Positions 23,636 to 37,230 of a DNA stretch of 64,000 nucleotides are shown in pieces. Made by a program: the position numbers and the translations under genes. The notes beneath the pieces were generated by a model. The model made no database searches, was not told the origin of the DNA, and worked only from the letters and a program-made list of their open reading frames with translations. This stretch comes from Oopsacas minuta. Taxonomy: Eukaryota > Animalia > Porifera. The first letter of the stretch is position 1, and each line of letters starts with the position of its first letter. The stretch is from positions 292,018 to 356,017 of the forward strand of contig JAKMXF010000332.1 of assembly GCA_024704765.1 (NCBI GenBank), in the 5' to 3' direction.

Positions 23636-24025
23636 CAGTGGTACTCAAACCGGGGTTCGCGGCCCACTAGGGGCCGAGAGGATGTTGCAAAGAGGCCGCC
23701 GAAAGGTAATAGAAAGTGATTTACGATCATTTTATTCTTTAAAGCTTTAGTTATTCCACACAACTTCTACGATAATATCGGAATTCCTTTCGCTTTCCTC
23801 GAATAGTAACAAATTGCACATATTCCACTTCCCAGAATGCTATTTATACTCATATCATATTATGTTTTTGAAGCGTGTATGCCTCTTGCTACTTAAGTAT
23901 ATGCACTGATATGGTACAATACTATTGAAAATTATATACTAAAAGTGAGACCAAAAAGCAGGGGTCCGTGAAATTGTGATGAAGAAATTTTTGGGCCGCG
24001 ATATAGAAAAGTTTGAGAAGCACTG
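23636..24025. mobile_element. non-autonomous hAT (Charlie-type) element
   Basis: TIR CAGTGGTACTCAAAC / GTTTGAGAAGCACTG, with GC-rich GGGCCGCG subterminal motifs. The 8-bp flanks match only 5/8. Confidence 0.7.
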
Positions 24026-24200
24026 ACATGTACGATAAGTTACATATCAGAATAGGATATATTCTAGTTCTATTTCTATTAGATTTCAGTGAACTATTTG
24101 AATAGTTGAGAATAAGGTGAGATTAAGGGTAGTTGACCTGTTGTATGAAGTGCTTTAAAGAAAACGGTGTAGCTATTTGGGAGAGAAGAGAGTTGGTCTA

Positions 24201-25537
24201 CAGGGTGTCTCAAAAGTTTTTTACCTTATTCATCAAGCCAGTAAATTGTATTTAACGTATAGAATCATTAGACTATTTGCCAAGTTATTTACCTTTAAGT
24301 TCAGTACAAGAATTAATGCGGTTTGGCATTCCATCGGTTATATTCTGGAGAATCGATGGGCTAATACCACCCTAGATATTTTCCAAGATTTTCGTGAGTT
24401 GTTTAAGATTAGTAGCGAGCTTCCCCTTGTCCAGCTCTGCCTGCATAATGGCCCACAGATTTTCTATAGGACTCAAATCTGGCGAGTTACTAGGCCAAAT
24501 ATCTTTCGCCCAGAATCCTGATAAATGATTAGAATGCCACTTCTGTGTCTTTTTAGCAGTATGAGCAGGGGCTCCATCCTGCACAAACAAAGTGTCGGAC
24601 ATCTTTCGATACAATTTCCTCTTAGCCAGGGGCCCTCTCATCTTCTTACGTTTATAGGTAGGGAGACAGCACTTTTCCAGTATTTCATTGATATAATATT
24701 CCGCATTCACAGATTGTCTTGGAGAGATTAGATAGAGTTCTGATAGTCAACGATGACTCATCATTCCCCAGACCATTAATCTTGGAGGATTTTTGACCGT
24801 TTCGGCTGGAGTGATATTACGCGAACTGACGTCCCAAATTCGATCATTCTGTAAATTTGTAGGGTGAAGAAGCTCAAAGGGGTTGTCATCACTGAAGAAA
24901 ACTCGCTCCGAATCAAAGTGAAATCCAGGATTTATGCTCAAGACAGAACTTGACGCTTTTAGACTTCTGTACTTCCGTCAATTTAGGGTTTGATGGCCGT
25001 TTATACGCTTTAGCCCCAATAGAATTGTGTAAATAACGGTGAACAATATCTTTACTAATAGCACCATATTTACTTGGAATATATTTCGCCAATTTCCGAG
25101 TTAAATGCTATCGTTGCTATCGATTTTCGAATTATTATTTTTGGGACCCGGAAAGTTTCGGCCGACGTCCAGCACGAGGCTTGTCAATGAGCATTTCTCC
25201 AGCCTTTGCTTTTTGTTCCAATTCTTTAGGGCTCAAATTGTGACTCCAAGTGTGTCAGCAACTGTTCTTTGAGTGGAACCAGCTAGTAGCACACCTATCG
25301 CTCTCTCGTGGAACCATAGTCTTGTCATTTTGACATCCATAATAGTGAAATTTGATAATTATACAAAGTTTCGCAAAATGAATCACAAAATTAAATATTT
25401 GATACTACTCATGATTGAGAACATTAGTCAACTAAAAATTGACAATACTAATATAAATGGGTAAGTAGTAAATGAAGTACCTGATTTCTGTCCAAATATA
25501 CTGAAATACTAATGCTGAATAAACTTTTGAGACCCTG
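24201..25537 (-). mobile_element. Tc1-like DD37E element, pseudogenised
   Basis: TIR CAGGGTGTCTCAAAAGTTT / AAACTTTTGAGACCCTG, TA TSD. In QDGAPAH...WPSNSPDLSPIE there are 37 residues between D and E. Confidence 0.9.
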
Positions 25538-25542
25538 TACAA

Positions 25543-25726
25543 CAAGGTTGAAACCGATCGAACGAATATCAGTAGTCATGAATAGTTGCTTAACCGAATA
25601 CTGATAATATTCGGTTATATTAACTGAATACTACTGATAATATTCGGTTTGGACCAACCGAATATTGGAATATTCGCCAAATATTTTTCGGTTGAACCGA
25701 ATATTGAACTTTTGGTTGCAACCTTG
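25543..25726. mobile_element. hAT-type MITE with internal ACCGAATA repeats
   Basis: TIR CAAGGTTG / CAACCTTG. The 8-bp TSD GTCTACAA is intact on the right (25727-25734) and restored on the left after excising the Tc1 element. Confidence 0.8.
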
Positions 25727-26152
25727 GTCTACAATTATAAATTAGAAGATACCAAAAATGCAACTTAAGCAACTCAAATGACAATATGACACGTAATTCT
25801 TTGAGCTATTCTATGCCAGAAGAATGCCTCGAGTACATATCATCGCGATTCAATTAGTAGGTTGGATCAATGAAAGGAATACTATCTCACGCTTTGGGAG
25901 CGTTAATACGTTTCTCAGAATAGAAACATTCTATCACTTTTTTAAGAATTCCAGGTTACTAGCTAAGCACTCTGAGAATCCCATTGTTTTATGGCATTAT
26001 CCGGGATATGACATAAAGGGTTATGACAACAGAATTTTGTTGGGGCAAAGGCATCGAAAATCGTTATTGATTTGAACATTTTATGAGAATAAACACAAAA
26101 TTCTATAAAGTTAGTGGTATTCACTGTACTATCAAAGGGAAAAATCCTCCCT

Positions 26153-28802
26153 CACGAGTCGCTCAGATTCAAATATCGATCAAAAAAATACAGTTTGTCA
26201 AACCTAGCTGGAGTGATGGAGTAGCTATGTCTACTTTCTAAATATCCATTATTTAAAATTATTTGTACCAAAAACAAAACATTAGCCCAATTGTATTTTC
26301 ACCTAATTTCTAACACCTTCTATTTGTGGTATTTACTCTTTGAATTCAATACATGCTAATTAATAGTGTCAAATATCTCTAATGACTATTTTCATATAAA
26401 CTAAAACAAAAATATTGGAAAACTATTAATTCACACTGGTTGTAATAGAATCATACTTGTCATTTAACTTATCAATTGCACTCGATCTCGTTTTCATCTT
26501 GTAATACCTCCAAACATCTGCTGCATTATCAGTAGCAAGAGATATAAAATTAAAATCGCATACTGCGTTAAATAACCCTTCACCATAACCTCTGTATCCT
26601 CACCAAATTTGTATCTTCTCCACACATTGTTAAAATGATGGTGACTAGATTCCCATGCCTGTTCTTATACTACAGCCAATCCGTTATCTGTAGATAAATA
26701 TTTTAGCAGAAAAGGAACCAAATGGCGACATACTATATGTACTTTAGTTGCACAAGAAATGCACACATTTTGTATGCTTCTTCAAATTCAAAGATCCTTT
26801 CGTGAAACTCGGGAGTACATCTGGATATCCCAAAACAAGAAGATACCACGGAGCCAAATCTTCTGAATGCTATGTAGGCATTAGAATTCTTATTTAGAAA
26901 CAAATCTCCATGATTTTTCAGTAATAATCTCATTGAATTCCCTTCAAAGCATCCACCATGGTATTGACTTTTCTTGACGTTATATCTCTTCAAAGTATCC
27001 TGATGGTCTGTATTTCGTCTTCTGACATGGACTCTATAAATACATCATAAAGTCTCTGGCCTACTACTCCAAGCAGCAAATGTAGCTCTGGGAGATTAAG
27101 ACAAGCCATGTTTTCAATAGGTAGAATTCAGCATGCTGTGTTGACCCTCTTAGCTCCCATTTCCCAAAAATCGTCAAGATTATCCCTTTCGCCCAGGTAC
27201 ACCAGGGACAGAGATGTCTGCCATGTATGATACCAAAAGCTATTAGTACAGCTTTTATATCAATCGTTAGGCTAACATTGAAGTCTAGGATTAAACGTCT
27301 GATTTCATGAGTGGAAAATATTGACTTGAGGTTGTGATAATTTGCTGGTACAGAGCTCAGGCAAATTATAGCCAGATAGCTTACGCTATTGGATAATTCT
27401 GGTTGAATTGTCACTTTCAAAAATCCTTGTCCAATGTCCAGCCCTAATTTATAATGTAATCTCTAGATATTAATCCCATCTGAATGAGAAAATCTTTTAC
27501 TAAGAAGGCTAGGAACATCACAACAGAATACTGTCCAGACAGGGCAAATATCACTATATCCCTTCTTCTGAGATCGGTTCAGCTCTAACTGGCAAACTTC
27601 AAAGAATTAACCAATAATTTAATATCGACCAGTGTAAAATAATTTCATCCCGGCCTGGGGTGCCAATTAATTTACCTCTTAATATACTTATAACTAACTT
27701 AAGACCGTTATTACTTAGAATTCCTTTAGTCTGTATTTGTAACATATCTGAGAGTTCTAGACTGACAGACAGTACACTACTTGAAGCAGACTTATTCAAA
27801 GAAGAACTATCTGAAGATAACCCGGGTGCCCTCCTGAAATACGTGGTAGTTCGAGGTATAAATCATCACTTACATCCAAACACTTAACGATATCATCTAC
27901 AAATTTATCTAATAATTTTCCTTTACCTAAGCAGTGTCTGGTGTTGGTAACAGCATTAGAAGAAGAACATTCATGGCGAATACCTCGTCCTACCTTTCAG
28001 AAAACATTTACTGCACAACTCTACAACTTGTTGAGGAGAATTTTCTACCGGTCTACCAACAGATTTATGTCGAATTTGCTGAGGTTCATGTTTCTTTGGT
28101 CCAAATCGATACGCTTCTTGACACATAGCACAAGGAGAATCAACAAAACAAGAGCTTGGTCTGGTGTTCTTTATTGACAGTGTCCAAGAAAAAGGTTTCG
28201 GAATATTCCAGCACTCAGATTCTTGTCCGGTTTCTCAAGCCAAATTGCACAAGTCTTACAGAGAACTGTCGGTAACATGCAGCTAAGATCGTCAACGTTG
28301 TTTGATAAATACTGTGCATACATCTTTAGTAACTTTGGAGTTAAATTTACCCCATTGCCCTACTTTAACACAACAATTTCGACATACCTTCTGTCGCGCT
28401 TTCATTTGTTTGTCACTAAAAATTGTTCCAAAGGATTCTATCTTCCAAATATAGATTTTAGTTTCTAATATTCGATATTTATGGTATTTGCAGTTGAATA
28501 GGGATGCCAAACTAAGCGACATGTATTCAAGTGTGAAGACACTACAAGTAAGGATAATATCCTTACAATTCATGTGTATATTTAACACTGCAAATTAACA
28601 TGAATTGAATTCAAAGAGCAAGTACCGCAAAATGGAAGATGTAAGAAATTAAAAAATACAATTAGCTAAATTTTTGTTTTTGCGTACGAATAATTTTAAA
28701 TAATGAATATTCGGGAAATAGACATGCTACTCTATCACTTCAGCTAGGTTTTGAACAAACTGTAGTTTTTTTTAATCGATATTTGAATCTGAGCGACCCG
28801 TG
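26153..28802 (-). mobile_element. Chapaev (CMC-group) DNA transposon, pseudogenised
   Basis: CAC..GTG termini with roughly 200-bp imperfect TIRs (CACGAGTCGCTCAGATTCAAATATCGAT), 4-bp TSD CCCT. N-terminal Cys-rich Chapa-like motifs (VCRNC, LPTVLCKTC, G.G..HEC) and core motifs SNSV, HLCPWC, YHGGCFEGN, KVH..H and EQA.ES.H. Confidence 0.75.
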
Positions 28803-29324
28803 CCCTGAGTTTAGAGCAAAATTTATGATGCAATTGGATGAACTTGTTTCAGGAGTCCTGTTATTTTACATACCCCATTGAATTTTAATATTCTGACAAT
28901 TAACTTATGATTGAATTGTTTTGAAGTTTTAATCTTGGCTACAGGATGTGTTTAGAGTAACTTACCCACTCTATGATTCAATGTTATTTCCTATACAACT
29001 AGTTAAGAACAATGTATTTTTACGAACTTGCAATGATAATTGTGATAGTTCTTGGAATGTATCATTAATTCCATAATTTATTGCAGTAATTGTTTAATAC
29101 TTAGACCAAATTATGACCGTCTGTTGGTGTTTGTGTTTATGAGGTTCTACTGTGGATATATATTTCTGTGAATAATAACATCACTATAATTTGAATGATT
29201 TATCACAAATTTATGAAATATATATGCGGGAACATATATACCCAAATTTTAACAGCTACAATTTTCTGTTGATTTAAAAGACAAGTACTTAGTTGATAAG
29301 CATATAGTACCAATTAACTATATC

Positions 29325-30473
29325 CAGGGTGTCCAACAATTAGTGGCTAATTACAGTAGTATAGATTCTATATAGATACTGATACAGATCTAACGTTTCC
29401 TTTTCCTATATAATCGCCTTGAGAACTCTTCGCTTCCTCCACTTGATTCAATGCCTCTTTTAATATCGCCCACAAATTTTCAAAATAGGATTTAGATTGG
29501 GCGATTTTCCAAGCCATTCGTTTTTAGTCCAGAAGCTTTTGAAATGTTTCTTGAACCAATCTTGAGTGATTTGGCTTTGTGAGCTAGGGCTCCATCTTGC
29601 ATAAAATGGGCTCCAGACCTTTTGGATGTCATTTTCCTCATGCGAACTGGTCCATTTTTTCTTTTCCTTTTGACTGCAGCGAGACAAGTCTTCTCCAGAA
29701 TTTCATTTACATAGTAATTTATACTAACTGTCTGTTTTTGGCGGAACAAAATGCATATCTGAAAGAGAATTGTAGCTCATCATGCCTCATACCATAACCT
29801 TGGGTGTGTTTTTTTATTGTTTCGCGAGGAGAAACCTTTGGACTATTTGTGGCCAAACATGGTCATTCTGTGTGTTGGCAGAGTGATACAACTCAACGGC
29901 GATTCGTCTGACCATATTACGTTCTTCCATTCGTTCACTGTCCAGTTCTTCACTTTATGAAAAAAAGCACATCGGTTAATCTTCTGTCTTTCTATTAACA
30001 TAGGTTTCTTCGGCCGTTTAAATACTTTCACTCTTAAGTCTCTGCGTAAATAGTTATGTACTGTGCTTTTACATACAGAATATCCCGTTGTACTCAATCT
30101 GTTAGATAACCTGGTTGACTGATGTCGTTTTCGCAGAGATTTCACGAGCACCATTTTGACCGCTGTGTTAATCTTTCGAGGCCGTCCAGCACCAGATTAA
30201 TGTTCAAGGATCCTACTATGTGTATATCTATACCACCAACGTCTTATACTACGGATACCTTTATCAAGTCTTTTTGCAACCTCCTTTTGTGTTTTCTCGA
30301 TTGCAACATACCAATTACCTGATATCGTTCAGAAGCATTCATTGCAAACACCTCCAATTAAAGTGAATTTGAAGAAGTATTAATTCAGCAATCGAAAAAA
30401 TGAGAAAAAATAAGTGAAATCCATTACCTCTAAGTGGTATGGGTTGCTATAATATTGTCGATCGTAAGAAACC
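29325..30473 (-). mobile_element. Tc1-like DD37E-type element, 5' end truncated or interrupted
   Basis: TIR CAGGGTGTCCAACAATT at 29325. Motifs WSDESP, HP.N.QND, MQDGALAH and SPNLNPI spread over several frames. Confidence 0.8.
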
Positions 30474-30475
30474 TA

Positions 30476-31790
30476 CAGGGTGGTTTTTAAGTCCTGACCC
30501 CTATATTTCAGTTTTACAACAAGCATAATATACTTTCTTAGGTTATGATATTTATATATGTTGTATATGTATGTAGTCTAGCATAATTATTAGTTAGAAC
30601 TGAGTGATATTTCTACACGATCCCTTTACTGCTTAGATGGAAAGACAACAGTCTGCTATAATTGAATTATTTGTGAATGGGAAGCGCCAATGTGACATTA
30701 TGAGATCATTGAATATCCCGAAAGAGCGGAGGAAATTTGTCACTAGTACTATCCAGCGTTATCTTGAGACTGGTAGTGTCAAAGACAAAAGTAGAAGTGG
30801 ACTTCCAATTACTGTGACCACAACCAGGATGAAGAAAATAATCAGAGACAGAATTCGGCGAAATCCACGCCGATCAATGAGAAAACTGTCATCTGAACTC
30901 AAAATATTGCGTACATCAGTTCATAGGATTGTGAAAAGTTCCCTGGGTCTATCTTCTTACAAACGAAGAAACGTACACTATCTCTCTACTGCGATTCGAC
31001 AAAAACGATTGCTTTGTAGCAAAAAGCTTTTTAGTCGGCTCGCAGAATATGGCTATCATAATGGTCTGTATTCGGATGAAAAGTTATCCACAATTGAGGA
31101 GGTCAGTAACTCTCAAAACGACAGGATCTTATCTTCTACTTCTTCCACTATAAATGAAGAACTCTGCTATGTTCGGAGAGTCCAAAAACCACTTTCAGTG
31201 ATGATTTGGGGAGGGATCTCCTGTTTTGGACTGACATCACTGATATTTGTCCCCCAGGGTGTAAAAATCAACTCTACAGAATACCAGGATCGTATTTTAG
31301 AACCTGTAGTGAAAGACCTGGGTACTAGCATGTTTAACAAGAATCGATTCTTGTTTCAACAGGATGGGGCCTCCAGCCCATACAGCTCGTACCACTCAGG
31401 CCTGGCTATCAGAAAAATATTCTCGATTTTATCACTACAGAAGAATGGCCACCGTCTAGTCCAGATCTAAATCCCATGGATTTCTCTATATGGGCGATAT
31501 TGGAGAAAAATGCATGCCCAAATGCTTATACTAATATAGCGTCTTAAAGAAGGATCTACTTCGTGAATGGACTAGAATCCCAGAAGAAACCCTGCGCGCC
31601 GCAGTAGAGGCAGCGCCAGGGCGTCTACGAGTAGTAATCACAAAGAAAGGTGGCTACATTGAATAATTCAATCAAATATAATTAGTTTCAATATGTGTTT
31701 TTGAAATCTCGATCACTAAATCTATGTAAGAATAGTCCAGCAATGTGGACAATGAAATATAGAATGGGTCAGGATTTAAAAGTCACCCTG
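30476..31790 (+). mobile_element. maT-type (DD37D) Tc1/mariner element
   Basis: TIR CAGGGTGGTTTTTAAGTCCTGACCC / GGGTCAGGATTTAAAAGTCACCCTG, TA TSD. ORF from 30637 with YSDEK and QQDGA, then after a frameshift WPPSSPDLNPMDFSIW; 37-residue D-D spacing. Confidence 0.9.
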
Positions 31791-32869
31791 TATATCCTGT
31801 TTATATGGAAGAATTATCTACAGTTTTATTACAGAAAATACACTATACTTAATTGATAAGTATATAGTATCAATTAACAGCCATATTATATTCTTTTTTT
31901 AAGAATATATCATGGCTCTTTTAAGTATAACCAATCAATTTACTGCCCTACTGTACATACTCCTACTTTCTGTATATATACAAAAATTATTAATACATTA
32001 CATTTTTGGTTTTTGCTCAACTTATTGTTTCTTATTTACTTATTTGCTATATTATATTCGAATGACTGGTACAGATGATATCTATTGTACTCTGGGGAGC
32101 GAGAACTGGTGGCTTGGTCGGATGAACCAAATCAATACACCGCCTGTTACTATCCAAGGTTGTCTACTTTGTATTGAAGATCAATGTAGACAAGTTATGG
32201 CAAATTTCCACCTGCCTATTGGCCATCACTATCCGCGTCTTATTGATAATTGGTGGGGTTTAGCTAAGGACTGGACCAAAGACTTTAATTCATAGACTGA
32301 GGAAGACAAAATTATTCATATTGATAAGGATATACAAGTGAATGTTATATGTCTTAAAACTTTACAAGATATTCCCCTCTCCTCTCAAGGAGATCTTGAC
32401 AACCCCAATCTATCAAAGTTCTATGTTAGTAATAGTTCAATAACACCTAAGGAGAGAATTTGGACTCGTAAGTGGAAGAGAAATGGATTTTGAGGCACGA
32501 ATGCTAGAATTCTGTCCGCTATGAGAAAAAGTAGAACTAATTCTGATATATGCTAAACACAACGAGCGACAGCGAATATTTATGGCTGAAAGAATTACAG
32601 ATCATGATAAGCGTGCCGATCATAATGGAAAGCTGAGTGTATACAAAATCCTGAATTACGCACTGAACATACCGAAAATCAACGCAAAGGAATTGCTGGG
32701 AGGATGCAAATTCCTAAAAAGAGTGCTGGATATACGAACAACAGCTGGAGAGATATAGAACACATACCAAGAATTTTGATTCCATTGATCTCTATACTAC
32801 TCTCAAATATCTCTAGGTCCAACATAGGTTGGGTGTTGCTGTAGATGTCTTCTCTTCAAGGCAACTGTT

Positions 32870-34915
32870 TTGATGTTGACCAGCCCGAAAATTGTCGCCA
32901 AGTACGAGTCTAATCCTCAGTTTTTAAGCCGAGTTCTATTCTATCGATCAGAGGGTACTAAGTATGTCTTACAAGATCAGATACCCAAGATTGCTCTGTA
33001 TCGAGTGCTAGAGTTTCCTGAAGTACCACCACAGCTCTGTCGTCTATCTAGAGTAGAGCAGAGGTTAGTTGCTTCGAGACCTGAATTTATGAATATTTCA
33101 TCTGTAGATAGGGAACGACAACTAGGTTTATATGGAATGGTTAAGAATCTACCAGTAAGAACTGAGCAAATTGTTAAATATTTGCTAAGGAATTTTCTGG
33201 AAACACAAACTATTCAATTGTGATTATTTCATCAGTTTGTTTATCCAAACCTTATATGTTTCAAACGAACAACCCTATGTTGTGTTAGAAGCAGCTCGCT
33301 AACTTTCTTTCAATTAACTCTTTAAATGACACAAAATTGTGTTTTGGAGACGAGCGGAGTAATTTGTAGCTACGCTATATAGTGTTGATTTTATCGTAAA
33401 TCCTAATGATCTGCCAAGTAATGATAATCCTGAGGAAACTGAGAGGATGGATGACTATCCAATTTGTGAGTGATAACGATGAAGTTTTTGAGGACTTTGA
33501 TGATAAGCCTATTCAGGAATTTGACCAATGGTATAAAATAATACCCTTTTGATAGTTACTATCTAATGAAGACATACTGTTGAAGCTACCTTCGGAAAAG
33601 GTAAAACACCAATGAATATAATATAGAACGAGTGTTTTGAAGAATTCGCTTGTGCGAAATGGGACTTAACTGAAAATTTGACGTTCCTAAAGATCAAAAT
33701 CTGATATATTGAGTTTTGTAACTTCACATAATGTACGTTACATACAAATTAGCAAGAATTGACTGCATATTCGTTTGGATAAGATAGTAGGTGTAGTAAA
33801 ATCATACCCGTACTCTTTCTAAATAGAAAAGAGTTTGAGAGCTTACATAATGCTCTTAATAATTGTTTGAGAAAAGCAAGCTACTAAGATGGTCAGACTG
33901 TGACTGCATCTGATATCCTATATGACGAAAGCCTGGTGACAATGATGGCACATATGATACCCTCAAATTCCTTAAGACTATTCAGTTTTCTCCTGTATTC
34001 TGGCATCAGAAACAGAGAGTTCTTTTCGATGATAAGACAGTTAGGATGCTCTACATTCTTTCTCAAACTTTCAGCAGTTGAGCCTAAATGGCCAGAGTTG
34101 CAAATAATCCTGAAAGAGATTCTAGATAATGAAGTTCTCCACAGATATTATGCTGGAATTACAGTGGAGTGAACGGGTATAGTTGATAAGGAGCGATACT
34201 GTCATTCACTCAAGGTATTTTGATCATTGTTCTAAGGAGCTTTTCAAAGTCCTTCGCTCAAAGGTTAGCCCCTTTGTATTCTCACTGATTTTTATGTGAG
34301 GATAGAGTTCCAGCAAACGTGGTCACCGCATGTATATTCTTTAAATGGATACAAGATGCACCCAAGTATGCGAGAGTCTATTCAATGAGGTAATTTGAAT
34401 ATTTCGATCGAACTATGATGTGTAAATCACCTCAAGTTTATAGTATGTTAAATAATGGTGGAAGAGATTTACAGCGTCATAAACATATTCACACTTGTTT
34501 TAATAATTTGTTTTCGACGTTGTAGATTTAGTATTCCTTACCCTACAATGGTCCAAACTAAAATTTTTAGAACGACTGGAATTTGATATTATGACAGCAA
34601 GTAAGGAAGAAATTGGTCGTAAATTGTCTCTTCAAGAGAAAGCTTGAATATATGGTAATTGATAGACGTGTATGATAAGGGTGATACTGGTTTCAGTACT
34701 ATCGCCATACAGGATCTCCTTTTAGAATTGTCATAAATTGAAGAGGATCATATAACTGCATTATGATCTAGTATTAAAGACCAACTATATACCTTCAGCG
34801 TAATATGAACGAATTACGTATTAATGCCCTTAATGAGATCATTTTCATTTATGGAAGGCTAATATTGATACACTATGTATTTTAGATCAATATACTTGAG
34901 TTGCATATGTAGATG
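32870..34915 (+). mobile_element. Helitron RepHel remnant (N-terminal region and HUH Rep)
   Basis: P..L..L..VEQRL...FM.I....Q.GL.G.V.N.P; MIRQLGCSTFFL.LSA.E..WPEL; RIEFQ.RGSPH..W..DAP (about 34300); QRHKH..TC. Many lesions. Confidence 0.8.
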
Positions 34916-34917
34916 TA

Positions 34918-36260
34918 CAGGGTGTTTCAAAAGTATTGGCACTTCGAGTAACGTAAATTACATACTACATAGCATACACACATCATCGATTTTATTGGCC
35001 AATATAATCACCATGTAATTCTATTACTTTTCTAATCCTATCAGGCATACCACTAACTAAATTATTTAAAATATCCACATCAATACTGATCCAGGCCAAT
35101 TTGAGGTTCTGAATTAGGTTCTCAATTGTGTTCACTTGACCCAACTTATCCACCTTATCAGCTAATATAGACCATAAATTCTCGATAGGATTTAGGTTAG
35201 GAGAGTTGGCTGACCACTCACCTTTCTTCCAAAAGTGGGGGAAATTGTTTGTGCACCATTCTTGCATAGCTTTAGCCGTGTGTGCTGGAGCACCGTCCTG
35301 CATGAATAAAAAATCCGACATGTTTAACAACATTGATCTTACCACAATGCTACCTGTTTTAGAAGAATGGCTAATGGCATCAAGACAAGTAACTCCTAGT
35401 ATATCATCACGGTAATATGCTGCGTCTACAGATTGCTTTTGAGGAATTATGTGCAATTCTAGCAAGGCACGGTGTGACATCATGCCCCATACGATGACTT
35501 TAGCAGGAAATTTCACCTTGAAAACTGGGCTGATATCTTTGCCATTTTTGCTCCACACTCTATCCTTCTGTCGGTTTGGTGTTGAAAATAGTTCGAAGGG
35601 CGATTCGTCCGATCAAAGAGCCTTTCTCCAATCTTCAATTGTCCAATCCTTATGATTGTGGGCGAACAAAGCCGATTTCCCTTGATCCTCTCAGTAATTC
35701 GCGGGATTTGGGGCCATTTGAATGCTCTACCACCAAGATTTTTTGTCAGATGTCGATAGACAGTCGAAGATGAAGCAGAATAGCCCTTTTCAGCTAAGCC
35801 CTTGGCTATATTTCGGGTTGAATTTCTTCGTTTCTCCCAAGATTTCGCTATTGCTAGCTTAGCGGATCGATTTAGAGTTTTCGGACGGCCAGACCTTGCC
35901 TTTGTCTCCAATGAATGACCACATTTAGCTGCTGCCAGAATCTTTTAATGGAACGTAATCCAGCACCTAACCTCAGAGCAACATCTTCCTGTGATACACC
36001 AGGTTCCAGCATGCCTATTGCTTTAGAACTGACTGCAATTCCATGATCTCCGACATTCTTTATTCTAGTGTTTACGAATTACAAAAATAACGGAAAAAAT
36101 TGTGATTATCGACAATATATAATGTATTAGGATGAATAATGCGTTAGAATACTTGAACTAACATTATGATAAGGTAGTATTCAGATCTAACAGTATTTAC
36201 ATTGATAAACTAGATAGATGGTTTCATTAGAATAGGTGCCAAGACTTTTGAAACACCCAG
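34918..36260 (-). mobile_element. Tc1-like DD37E element
   Basis: TIR CAGGGTGTTTCAAAAGTATTGGCAC / GTGCCAAGACTTTTGAAACACCCAG, TA flanks. QDGAPAH..NSPNLNPIENLW with 37-residue spacing. Confidence 0.92.
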
Positions 36261-36262
36261 TA

Positions 36263-37230
36263 TACCCAGACGATTTTGTTTGCTCTTTTTGAACAACGTG
36301 GTCTCCTGGTTGGATAGTTGGGTTAATCTACCTTTGTTGTCCGGAAAATTAACACCACAAACCTTTACCAGCTTTAGACATACATGTGAGGCATTACCAC
36401 TACTAGTCAAACAACTAACTAAAATTGTGGGCACCAATATCTTCTTACTACGGGAATACAAAATGATGCTTTAGAACACCATTTTGGGTTATACAGACAA
36501 ATGTTAGGGTCTTACTATCAAATATCTTTTAACCAAGGTTAAGAAAGCGAACGAAGACTCCAACTTTCCAACCTTTTAAACGTTTTTGATATAAAATATG
36601 GTTTGGGAGATAACGTTTCACTAAAAGAATACCTTAGGTAATTCGCAGACGATTATGAGTTTATAAGTGACGAAAAGCAACTCGATATAGAATCTTATAT
36701 GACTATATTGAATGATATCTCGCTCATTGAATTAGAAGTTTCTCAGATTGAATGCCTCATCTATATAGCAGGATATGCAGTCTTCTCTTACATAAAAAGT
36801 TAAATACTTCTCAATCTTGTTACGATCTTTAACAACAGATAGACTCCTAGAAGTTAATAATGATGTTGGTTCTCATTATACTTTGATTAATTTAGCAGAT
36901 CGAGGTTCTCTTAAATATCCTTCTTCTTGTGTAGTAGAGTCTGTTACTATCTTGTATAAAGCCTTTCTGATGATAGATAACAATGATTCCCTCAGCAAGA
37001 AATTCAATTCTGCACAGTCTCGTAGTTTGTTGGTACTCATTTCTATGACACTCATTTCAGAGAAATATACTGATGTTTGGAATGATTGTTGCTCCTGTGG
37101 CGTTTGGAATCGGGACATATTGAAGAAATTATGTGTTACATGGTCAAATATCATCTTGTCAAAGAGAGTCCGCAATTACAATTTTATGATTTTAAATAGG
37201 GATGAAACTAAGCTCAAAAAATACCAATAA
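36263..37230 (+). pseudogene. P-element/THAP9-like transposase C-terminal remnant
   Basis: LT.QTF.SFRHTC.AL; IQNDALEHHFGLYRQMLGS.Y.IS; YIAGY; DRGSLKYPS. Confidence 0.7.
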
